From positions 288,001 through 352,000 of the forward strand of contig CAVVHS010000008.1 in the NCBI GenBank assembly GCA_963748215.1: a stretch of DNA of 64,000 nucleotides. Direction: 5' to 3'. The notes under the pieces were generated by a model. It did no database searches and was not told where the DNA came from. It worked only from the letters and a program-made list of their open reading frames with translations. A program made the position numbers and the translations under genes. This document shows positions 31,065 through 39,551 of the stretch, in pieces. This DNA is from an uncultured Gammaproteobacteria bacterium. Its GTDB lineage: Bacteria; Pseudomonadota; Gammaproteobacteria; UBA9214. Each line of letters begins with the position of its first letter. Position 1 is the stretch's first letter.

Positions 31065-31201
31065 GTCTGCCCCCTTTCGATCGTGTCGTGGAAATGTCCT
31101 GATAATAGCATCGTCCCGGTACGGCGGAAGCCACCTGCAACCCGGGGTAATACCGCCTGCGGTGTATTCCCGTCCCGGTCCCGTCCCGATATACTGCAGT
31201 C

Positions 31202-31513
31202 ATGCGCCAGAACAAACTCATCCGCTACGGCGGTATCGACCAGGACAACAACGGTGGCATGACCGCGGCCGGCCGCATCATCCGCGATGCCTGGGCGTTC
31301 GGTATCATCCCCGAAACCGAGACCTGCGCCGGCTGGAACAAGCAGGCACTCGAGGATCTGTGGAACAGGACCCACGCGGAGTGGGAAAAATACGGCCACC
31401 AGGTAAACCAGCTGCCCGAGGAAATCCGCGAACGCTATTTGCGCATTCAGCGGTTGGCGTTCGAGCGGGCGCGCGCTGCCGGATGGGATGCCAGTCTGAA
31501 CGATAACGACTGA
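31202..31513 (+). CDS. hypothetical protein
   Basis: 103-aa ORF with host-like codon use, divergent from msrA. Confidence 0.75.
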   Translation: MRQNKLIRYGGIDQDNNGGMTAAGRIIRDAWAFGIIPETETCAGWNKQALEDLWNRTHAEWEKYGHQVNQLPEEIRERYLRIQRLAFERARAAGWDASLNDND

Positions 31514-31614
31514 CCGGCAGCCGCCGCGACCGCGCACCATCGCAGCCCCCGTGTCCACACTGCAAACATGACCATACGCCCGGGACCCGGGCTGCCGCCG
31601 GCTTCATCAGGCGC

Positions 31615-31960
31615 ATGACGGCCGGGTGCCGCTCGTAACAGGGCCGGCCAGAAAGGCCGTGACTGGCTAGCGGGTGTTTTGGATCGGCAGGATCGAGCCC
31701 GGCGAGGCGCCGCCCGATGCGCTCCACGAGACACTCGCCATCGACACCGGTACTGCGCAAATGTGGCTCATGCGTACCTGTCGATACCCGCACGCCGTGG
31801 CCCGCCTGCAGCTGCTCGCATCTGCGGTTAGAAGGACGAACCGCACAGGTGCTAACAGCAGCAGCCGTGCTGGCAGACCACCGGGTGGATCGATCTCGCA
31901 CCGCTGCTGCCGGCAAATCACGCCATCATGGATGCCCTGCGCCTGCCGCCGGGGTATACG
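31615..31960 (+). pseudogene. decayed copy of the Nudix/ThiE-like gene N-terminus
   Basis: GRVPLV...GRIEPGEAP..AL...CRYPHAVARLQL...PLLPANHAIMDALRLP aligns with 53928-54360; contains a stop and frameshifts. Confidence 0.72.
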
Positions 31961-32156
31961 AACACGCAGGCAGGCTCGGAGTAGATGTGGACACGGAACG
32001 CTTCTTAGCGTGGATTCGGTAGCAACACCGATTCCCCTGTCGACGGGCATATAACGCCGAGGATTTTCCCAGCTTCGTGCAGCCAGTAACCATCGGAATA
32101 CTGCTCAGGCAATTTTACTGAGACAGGTTCTGGTGATAAACGTGCTCTGATCCCCT

Positions 32157-33818
32157 TCACCTGCTGGCCGTACCGACCGGACCGAACACGGCAAGTTGAA
32201 GGGCACCGATCCTGGTATCCTGGAGGTGCCTGGGCGGTATGACTTTCAGCAGGCCGAGGTTTTTCAAGCGCTCGTAGGGCTGTGTCCCGATACCCGCAAT
32301 GTAGACAGCCCTGCCGGCACGCACCATGTCGAGTATGGCCTGCTCGAGCGCCAGGGAGGATGACACACCCAGGTGTTGCACATCGGTCATGTCAACCACC
32401 ATGGCTTCAAGCCCTTCGACCTGGGAGTTACTGCGGCTGATCGCACGCGAGGTGCCGAAGATCATGGACCCGCGCATATACAGCAGCAGCACTTTGTTGC
32501 CGGCCTCCTGGAGGATGTCTTTCTCGTAGGGTGTCAGCCCGATATCGGTGCTCTCAGGATCGGTCACTGCCTTGACATCGGCCGCCTGCAGTTCCGAGAG
32601 CCGCATGACCGTTATGACGTTGGCGACGAACAGACCGAGACCGACGGCGACGATGAGGTCGACGAACACAGTCAGCAGTGTGACCCCGAAGGTGATCATG
32701 CTGCCTTTCGGCGAGATACGGTAGGCCCGCTTCAGGAAATTCCAGTCGACGATATCGATACCTACCTTCAGCGCTATGCCCGACAGTACGGCCAGTGGAA
32801 TGACCGCTGTCAGATCAGCCACCCACAGCACGACGACGCAGAGGATAGCGACCCTGACCAGGCCCGCCAGCGCGGTACGCGCACCCGCCTGGATTCCGAC
32901 TACGGTGCCCATGGTGGCACCGGCACCCGGCAGGCCGCCGAACAGGCCCGACATGGCATTGCCGATACCCTGGCCGATCAGTTCTTTGTTTGAGTTGTGT
33001 TCCTGGCGGGTGAGGCTGTCGGCGATCACCGAGGTCAGCAGTGCGTCGATGCTTCCGAGTACACCGAGGATCACGGCATCAACCAGCATGACCTGCCACT
33101 GCTCGGTACTGAATACCGGCAGCCTGATCTCCGGCAGGCCGGTCGGAATCTCGCCGATACGCCGGATGCTGTCCGGTCCGAACAGGGTGACCGAAATCAG
33201 GGTCACGACGACCAGCGCGAAAAGTTGCGCCGGCAGGTACCGCTTCAGCCTGACTGGCATGAACACCAGGATCGCCATGGTGGTCACTGCCATCAGGGTC
33301 TCGACCGGCCGCAACCCGGCGAGCAGCCGTGGCAGGTCCTGCAGGATGGCGATCACCCCGCCACCCGGCGATGCCTGGCCCAGGAACGGGCCGATTTGCA
33401 GGATGATCAGGATGACGCCGATGCCGGACATGAATCCCGATACAACCGTGTAGGGCATCAGGGTGACGTATTTCCCCAGCCGCATGACACCGAAGAAGAT
33501 CTGGAACAGACCGGCCATGACCACGACCGTGAATGCCATTGCCATGCCGTTCACCGGGTCGGAGGCGATCAGCTTGGCGATGACTGCGGTAAATACCACG
33601 GTCATCGGGCCTGTCGGCTCGGACATCAAGCAGGGCGAGCCGCCGAACAACGCGGCAAACAGGCCGACCAGTATCGCACCGTAGAGCCCTGCCTCCGCAC
33701 CGGCACCCGAAGCGACACCAAAGGCCAGCGCCATCGGCAGGGCGATCACCGCGGCCGTAGTGCCGCCGAAAACGTCGCCCCGAATGTTGCGCAGGTTGAT
33801 TTCGTTGAACAGTTGCAC
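32157..33818 (-). CDS. SulP/BicA-like putative bicarbonate transporter
   Basis: GDVFGGTTAAVIALPMALAFGVASG, SEPTGPMTV, GAGATMGTV; adjacent to cbbR and the cso locus. Confidence 0.92.
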   Translation of the reverse strand: MQLFNEINLRNIRGDVFGGTTAAVIALPMALAFGVASGAGAEAGLYGAILVGLFAALFGGSPCLMSEPTGPMTVVFTAVIAKLIASDPVNGMAMAFTVVVMAGLFQIFFGVMRLGKYVTLMPYTVVSGFMSGIGVILIILQIGPFLGQASPGGGVIAILQDLPRLLAGLRPVETLMAVTTMAILVFMPVRLKRYLPAQLFALVVVTLISVTLFGPDSIRRIGEIPTGLPEIRLPVFSTEQWQVMLVDAVILGVLGSIDALLTSVIADSLTRQEHNSNKELIGQGIGNAMSGLFGGLPGAGATMGTVVGIQAGARTALAGLVRVAILCVVVLWVADLTAVIPLAVLSGIALKVGIDIVDWNFLKRAYRISPKGSMITFGVTLLTVFVDLIVAVGLGLFVANVITVMRLSELQAADVKAVTDPESTDIGLTPYEKDILQEAGNKVLLLYMRGSMIFGTSRAISRSNSQVEGLEAMVVDMTDVQHLGVSSSLALEQAILDMVRAGRAVYIAGIGTQPYERLKNLGLLKVIPPRHLQDTRIGALQLAVFGPVGTASR

Positions 33819-33859
33819 GTTATAGCGATTGCTGCCGCGACAGGCAGTCCGTCCATACC

Positions 33860-34933
33860 TCAGTTTTTCTTGTCACGTGCTGCCCTTGTCACGCGTGCCT
33901 GTTTCTTTCTGCTCCCGCCGGATTTCTTCGGCTTGCGCAGGCACTGCTTCATGTCCGGCCACAACGCCTCCATGCGTTCGAGGATCTTATCCTCACTCGC
34001 AATGGTGAAATCCAGGAAGGTGCGCGCCACCAGCGACAGTTCCTTGCCCTTGGGGTAGACAATGAACCACTGACGCATGATCGGAAAGTCCTTGACCTTG
34101 AGGATTGCCACAGCCCCCCTGGTACCCTCCAGCAGCAGGGTGTGCAGCGAGAGAACGGAGAGGCCGAGGCCTCCAATCACAGCATGCTTGATGGCCTCGT
34201 TACTGCCAAGCTCCATACGCACCCGAGGCTGGCAGCCATGTGCATTGAATACGCGCAGGGTGGCATCGCGGATACCCGACCCCGGTTCGCGCATGATGAA
34301 AGGCTCCTGGCTGATCTCCTGGAGCGAGATGCTTTTCCTGCCCACCAGCGGATGCTCGCGCGGCGCAATGACCACCAGCGGATTCGGCGCGAAGGGAAAC
34401 GCCTCGACATCCAGACGCTCGTTGGGCAGGCCGGTGATGTACAGATCATCCTCGTTAGCATGCAGGCGCTCGATGATGCGCTCGCGGTTGGTTACCTTCA
34501 GCGACAGCTCGATGCCCGGATAAAGCCGGCTGAACTCGCCCAGCATCTCCGGGGCGAGATACTTGGCCGTGGTGATCACCCCGATGCGCAGGTGGCCCCG
34601 TTTCAGCCCCTTGAGATCGGCAAACTTCATCTCGAGATTGGCCAGCGAATCGAACACCTGCCGACAGGCTGCGTACAGCTCCATTCCGGCCTCTGTGGGC
34701 GTGATATTGCGACCGACATGTTCGAAAAGCTCCAGGCCCATGACATCCGCCAGTTTCCTGATCTGCATGGAAACGGTTGGCTGGGTCAGAAACAGCTCTT
34801 CGGCCGCGCGCGTGAAACTGCCGAGCCGGACGATTGCCTCGAATACCTGTAACTGCCGCAGGGTCGCATGCCGGATCAGGTAGTGCGGCATGGTCATGGG
34901 CGGTCTGTCGCTGGAACGATCCGGGGCGGACAT
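33860..34933 (-). CDS. cbbR: LysR regulator CbbR
   Basis: TLRQLQVFEA..SFTRAAEELFLTQPTVSMQ, REPGSG, SNEAIKHAV. Confidence 0.9.
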   Translation of the reverse strand: MSAPDRSSDRPPMTMPHYLIRHATLRQLQVFEAIVRLGSFTRAAEELFLTQPTVSMQIRKLADVMGLELFEHVGRNITPTEAGMELYAACRQVFDSLANLEMKFADLKGLKRGHLRIGVITTAKYLAPEMLGEFSRLYPGIELSLKVTNRERIIERLHANEDDLYITGLPNERLDVEAFPFAPNPLVVIAPREHPLVGRKSISLQEISQEPFIMREPGSGIRDATLRVFNAHGCQPRVRMELGSNEAIKHAVIGGLGLSVLSLHTLLLEGTRGAVAILKVKDFPIMRQWFIVYPKGKELSLVARTFLDFTIASEDKILERMEALWPDMKQCLRKPKKSGGSRKKQARVTRAARDKKN

Positions 34934-35060
34934 GGAATCACCCTGTCACGGGGTTGTATTGATCGGCGCACGGGCTTGGCCGCGCCATGCAATTCGAATA
35001 TATATAATTATATATATGTGTGAGGAAAAGTATAGATTATGATCGATCTTTACCAAGGAC

Positions 35061-35306
35061 TCAGTCGGGCCAGATCCGGCCGTGACTCTGATAGGGATCG
35101 TTGCTGATCAGCTGCGTGGCTGCCTTCATGACTGCCGCCTCAGGTACACGCTTCGTCTGCGTTGCCGGTTTTGCCGGCGCCCGGCGGGCAGTCGTCTTTT
35201 TGGTGGCCCTGGCGCGGGTACCCTCTGAGGGCTTCCCGCCCGCACCCAACTTGCTCTTGCGCATGGAATCCAGCAGTTTCTCCTTGGCCTTGTCTGCAGT
35301 CGTCAT
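35061..35306 (-). CDS. mcdB: carboxysome positioning adaptor McdB-like
   Basis: Small, low complexity, C-terminal RIWPD, immediately after ParA. Confidence 0.75.
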   Translation of the reverse strand: MTTADKAKEKLLDSMRKSKLGAGGKPSEGTRARATKKTTARRAPAKPATQTKRVPEAAVMKAATQLISNDPYQSHGRIWPD

Positions 35307-35929
35307 TATGCGGTTACCTCCTGGATGAGTTGTTCAAGTTCTTCGGCTGCGGCTGCGCCGCGTGCGCCCATATCAAAAACGCTCTTCCCTTCCAGCGCAC
35401 TGTTGCGGTAAACCGCACGCCGCCTCAGCGCCGTCCTGGCAACCGGCAGGGAGATTTCCGTCAGCGCCTCGCGCACCACGCGCGAGAGCGTTGTCCGTAT
35501 TTCCAGCTGATTGATCACCAGCAGCGACCTGAGCGATGGATTGGTTCTACGCGCGTTTGCAATCGCACGTTCTATGTGGACAGTCGCCCACAGGTCAACC
35601 GGCGACGGCTGTACCGGTATCAGCGCCAGGTCGCCGACCTCCAGTACCGAAATTGTTTGTGAAGCATGGACTGACGGCGGACAGTCGACCACGACGTAGT
35701 CAAACTCCCGGGCCAGTTCGGTTATCTGGGTCTGCAGATTGCCGGTTGCAGCGATTGCAGAAATGGAATTCTGTTCGTCAGCTAATTCCCGCCATTGCAG
35801 TGATGAACCCTGCGGATCGGCATCCACAACCACAATCCCGGCCTGCCTGGCGAGTCCGGCGGCGAGGTTGACGCTCAGCGTTGTTTTCCCAGCACCACCC
35901 TTGTTGCCGACAACGGCAATTACAGGCAT
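35306..35929 (-). CDS. mcdA: ParA-family ATPase McdA-like
   Basis: KGGAGKTT, DADPQGS, VDCPP; located in the cso operon. Confidence 0.85.
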   Translation of the reverse strand: MPVIAVVGNKGGAGKTTLSVNLAAGLARQAGIVVVDADPQGSSLQWRELADEQNSISAIAATGNLQTQITELAREFDYVVVDCPPSVHASQTISVLEVGDLALIPVQPSPVDLWATVHIERAIANARRTNPSLRSLLVINQLEIRTTLSRVVREALTEISLPVARTALRRRAVYRNSALEGKSVFDMGARGAAAAEELEQLIQEVTA

Positions 35930-35941
35930 CCCGGGATACGC

Positions 35942-36208
35942 TCAGTGACTGGTTTCGCTGGCCAGCTGATCAAGCTGCCGGGCAAAACGGTGCTGCTCAT
36001 CGCCCAGCGCCTCGGTGCCTTCTTCCACGTGAATCGTGATATTCACATAATCGCGGCCGAATCCCATATCGGGATACAGGCCTTCACGCTCGGACAGTTC
36101 GGCAGCCCGGTCCAGGAAATCCCGTAACGCGCTGTAGTCCCGGAACTCGTAGCGCCGCTCGAGACGTACGGGCCGGGTGCGTTCCTGCCACTCATGGTTC
36201 ATTGCCAA
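35942..36208 (-). CDS. pterin-dehydratase-like RuBisCO assembly factor (acRAF)
   Basis: RLERRYEF.DY...RDFLD...YPD.GFGR.YVN.TI; cso context. Confidence 0.85.
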   Translation of the reverse strand: MAMNHEWQERTRPVRLERRYEFRDYSALRDFLDRAAELSEREGLYPDMGFGRDYVNITIHVEEGTEALGDEQHRFARQLDQLASETSH

Positions 36209-36251
36209 TCTCCGCAGTTGCTGACCGGACTATACAACACCGATAACCCGT

Positions 36252-36689
36252 TTATTGCAATTGCTCCAACCAGGCCTTCAGGGATTCGGCATGCTCCTGC
36301 TCTTCTGCCAGCAAACCCTCGAAAAACAAACGGTTATCCTGATCACCGATGCGAGCACAGTGACTGCGCGCCTCCGCGTAGAGCTTCACGAGCTCTTCCT
36401 CGAAGGCATAATCATGCTCCAGCAATGTCCGCAAGTCACTACCCAGGGCGACCGGACGCAGTTGTGACGCGTTCGGGGCGACACCCAGGGCGAGCATCCG
36501 GCTGATTATCCGTTCGGCATGCCCGAGCTCTTCACTGGCTTCAGCGCTAAGCTTCCCGGCTATCTCGGTCAGCCCCCACACGCCCACAAGCTTCGCCTGT
36601 GTCGTGTAGAGCTGTACCGCGGAGAGCTCGAGGCTCAGGCCGCGGCCGAGATAGCCGAGAACACGCTGATCAGTACTGGCAATTGACAT
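36252..36689 (-). CDS. bacterioferritin-like protein
   Basis: LSLELSAVQLY, EELGHA, EEQEHA. Confidence 0.88.
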   Translation of the reverse strand: MSIASTDQRVLGYLGRGLSLELSAVQLYTTQAKLVGVWGLTEIAGKLSAEASEELGHAERIISRMLALGVAPNASQLRPVALGSDLRTLLEHDYAFEEELVKLYAEARSHCARIGDQDNRLFFEGLLAEEQEHAESLKAWLEQLQ

Positions 36690-36726
36690 GACGACAGATC
36701 AATCAGTCGTTAAGCGATTACATGCA

Positions 36727-37041
36727 TCAGCTGCGCTCCGGACGATTGCCGCCTGATTCACTGAGTATGGGTTCTACCTCGCGATGCGGGCGGGCAATGA
36801 TGTGTGCTGCCACCAGTCCATCGCCAACGCGCTCACAGGCATCTGCACCCGCGCGCACGGCAGCATTGACAGCACCCGTCTCACCACGCACCAGAACCGT
36901 GACGTAACCACCACCGACGAAATCGCGCCCGATCAGGCGAACCTCGGCGGCCTTGGTCATGGCATCGGCAGCCTCAATAGCGGGAACCAGACCGCGTGTC
37001 TCAATCATGCCCAGGGCAATGCCAAATTTTTCGTTGGCCAT
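36727..37041 (-). CDS. csoS1: carboxysome shell hexamer
   Basis: GIALGMIETRGLVPAIEAADAMTKAA. Confidence 0.97.
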   Translation of the reverse strand: MANEKFGIALGMIETRGLVPAIEAADAMTKAAEVRLIGRDFVGGGYVTVLVRGETGAVNAAVRAGADACERVGDGLVAAHIIARPHREVEPILSESGGNRPERS

Positions 37042-37088
37042 GGTCGATCTCTCCTGTTTAAACTGTTTAGGTAATAAAACCTCTACCG

Positions 37089-37406
37089 TCAGGCAGCGGC
37101 TTCGCGACTCGTACTACCGCCAGTCGGCAGAATCGGCTCGACTTCGCGATGCGGACGGGCAATGATGTGTGCCGCAACCAGACCGTCACCGACGCGTTCG
37201 CAGGCATCGGCGCCGGCACGGACCGCTGCGTTGACAGCGCCGGTCTCGCCACGGACCAGAATCGTCACATAACCGCCACCGACAAATTCACGACCGATCA
37301 GGCGAACCTCGGCGGCCTTGGTCATGGCGTCCGCCGCCTCGATAGCCGGAACCAGCCCGCGGGTCTCGATCATGCCCAGTGCAATGCCGTAACTGTCATT
37401 TGCCAT
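37089..37406 (-). CDS. csoS1: carboxysome shell hexamer
   Basis: Same BMC signature. Confidence 0.97.
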   Translation of the reverse strand: MANDSYGIALGMIETRGLVPAIEAADAMTKAAEVRLIGREFVGGGYVTILVRGETGAVNAAVRAGADACERVGDGLVAAHIIARPHREVEPILPTGGSTSREAAA

Positions 37407-37450
37407 CTTACTTTCTCCTAGTAGTTGTTGACTTGGTTGATTCAGGTAAA

Positions 37451-37744
37451 TTACAACGACAAGCCCGTTGTCACAGTTTTCTCGGTCGGCTGATCGTTTT
37501 CAGCCTCCCAGAAATCGATAATGCCGCCGATCGTCAGATCGGTCAGGATTTCAAAATCGCCGGCCGCGTATCGCGCTGCCGATCCACTCATGGTGAATAC
37601 CCAATTGCCCTTGCGCACACCTACCGGGTCCACCGCAACCTGCTGCTTGCCGCTACTGTCCCGCAGCACGCGCAGGCTGATGTGCTTCAGGCCTTCGATT
37701 CTCTGCGTACACACCAGCGGTTCCTCTGCCTGCAGAATATCCAC
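37451..37744 (-). CDS. csoS4B: carboxysome vertex pentamer
   Basis: VAVDPVG..GNWVF..SGSAAR..TDLTIGGIID. Confidence 0.93.
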   Translation of the reverse strand: MDILQAEEPLVCTQRIEGLKHISLRVLRDSSGKQQVAVDPVGVRKGNWVFTMSGSAARYAAGDFEILTDLTIGGIIDFWEAENDQPTEKTVTTGLSL

Positions 37745-38001
37745 TATTGCGCCGCCTCTTCCGGTTCCCAGTGGTCGATAATGCCGACGATGGTCAGGTC
37801 ACTTGGGTATTCCTTGCTGCCGGCCGCCTCGCGTGCCGCGGAACTGCCGACACAGATCACCCAGTCGCCGGGCTTGCAGCCCACCACATCGACGGCAACC
37901 AATCTCGAACTGCCGTCAAGCACCACCTGCATGTGCTTGTGCTCCAGACCGGCTATGCGGTTGGTCGCTACCAGCGGCTTTTCCACCTGACAGATCTTCA
38001 T
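37744..38001 (-). CDS. csoS4A: carboxysome vertex pentamer
   Basis: MKICQVEKPLV.TNRI..GCKPGDWVICVGSSAAR. Confidence 0.95.
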   Translation of the reverse strand: MKICQVEKPLVATNRIAGLEHKHMQVVLDGSSRLVAVDVVGCKPGDWVICVGSSAAREAAGSKEYPSDLTIVGIIDHWEPEEAAQ

Positions 38002-39533
38002 CAGTGCGCTCCCGCAGCCAGAGATGTCTTCACTGAACAGTCCAGTATCTCGATGCGGCCGGGCGCGCTGACATCGCGCACCACCTGCAGCGTGTGCAGC
38101 AGGCCGCGCTCGCTCAATTCCCGGTAGCGCGCATGCAGCGCATCCGCCACCCGGTGACAGTGTTCCTCGGCACGTTCGCGCGCACCCGGTACATTGCCGT
38201 GATAGTCAAAGCGGACCACGATCGGCACGGGCAGACCGTGCGAGACGTTCAGCCCGGTGAAAATGCTGATACCGACATCCAGGTCCCTGGCTGCCTCCTC
38301 GACGGTATTCATGTAGGCAAAGAACGTGAGGTTGCGCAGCTGCACCTCCTCGAATCCGATTCCGGCTCCGATGAAGCGTTCGGCATGGCCGATGTCGCTG
38401 TAATGACCACCGTAGTAGCCGCGCACGTACTCGACCTGCGAAATGTTGTTGGTCAGCAGGTAGGCGATAAAGCGCGCCATGCCGTCGGCCAGTGCACTAC
38501 CGCCCCGCTCCCTGACATGCTCCTCGATCCACTGCCCGGCCTGGCCCGCACTCATGCGCGCCGTGGCATCGTACACCGCCTGGCTGTCGATGTAGTTCTC
38601 CAGATCGATATTGTCGTTCGCATCCGGCATGTGTATACGAATCGCGTCGGTATCCGTGTCCATGCCGATCAGCAGGCAATCAATGGAAGCACCGCAGCAG
38701 TATGTGTTTTCCACGGCCTGCCTGAACCCCTGCAGACGGTCGAGTCCACCCTGCGCCGCCTTGCGGGTATCGGATCCGTGCGCCGCGCATCCCTCGTGCT
38801 GCGGATCAACCGAGCTGTGGTGATAGACCACCGCCTTGAGATAGCGCGTCGGTTCGTCCGCGGTATTCGGCTTGCCCTCGCGGAATCGCACCAGCTCCGT
38901 TCGCACCCACTTCTCGAGACTGTCCTCGATGTCGAACATCGCACCCGCGTAGGAGCGGCGGCGCACGGCCTTGTAGGGCAGGCGCAACACGTAGCGGATC
39001 ACGTGCGCCAGGCGGCCGTCTGAGCAGGGCGAGACGTCGAGCAGGTGGAAACCGCACTCATGCAGGAAGGCCTGGAACCGCGTATCGCTGCTGTCACCCA
39101 GCGGGTCACGGGTGAATACCTCGTCACAGAAACGGTGGTAGATTTCAAACACGCACCACGCAAACAGGCTGCGCATGTCGAGCTGTTCGACCCAGGCATC
39201 CTCGAGCAACACCTGCGGCAGTTCAAAACCAAGATGTCCGCGGGCAAGCTTTTGCGCCTGTTGCACGAAATCGGCCTCATGCTGCTGTGCGGAGATCTGT
39301 TTCAGCGTCGGCACGATCGAATCGAACGCTTCCTTGACGCTGCGCTCGTAGCTATACAGCCGGGTGTTTTCCTCGCCACGCGCCAGAGCATGCCCGCCTG
39401 AATAGCGCAGGCCAGCGCCGGTACCGGTTGCGACCGGTGCCAGCCCCGCCGACCTGTCGCCGGGACGACCGCTCGGCGCCACCGCCGGCACCCGGGACAT
39501 GGAACGATGGATTCTGTTGCGTGCGCTTAACAT
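38001..39533 (-). CDS. csoSCA: carboxysome carbonic anhydrase
   Basis: PCSDGRL, HEGCAAHGS, GHAERFIGAG. Confidence 0.95.
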   Translation of the reverse strand: MLSARNRIHRSMSRVPAVAPSGRPGDRSAGLAPVATGTGAGLRYSGGHALARGEENTRLYSYERSVKEAFDSIVPTLKQISAQQHEADFVQQAQKLARGHLGFELPQVLLEDAWVEQLDMRSLFAWCVFEIYHRFCDEVFTRDPLGDSSDTRFQAFLHECGFHLLDVSPCSDGRLAHVIRYVLRLPYKAVRRRSYAGAMFDIEDSLEKWVRTELVRFREGKPNTADEPTRYLKAVVYHHSSVDPQHEGCAAHGSDTRKAAQGGLDRLQGFRQAVENTYCCGASIDCLLIGMDTDTDAIRIHMPDANDNIDLENYIDSQAVYDATARMSAGQAGQWIEEHVRERGGSALADGMARFIAYLLTNNISQVEYVRGYYGGHYSDIGHAERFIGAGIGFEEVQLRNLTFFAYMNTVEEAARDLDVGISIFTGLNVSHGLPVPIVVRFDYHGNVPGARERAEEHCHRVADALHARYRELSERGLLHTLQVVRDVSAPGRIEILDCSVKTSLAAGAH

Positions 39534-39551
39534 GACAGATCGGATCGCGTG

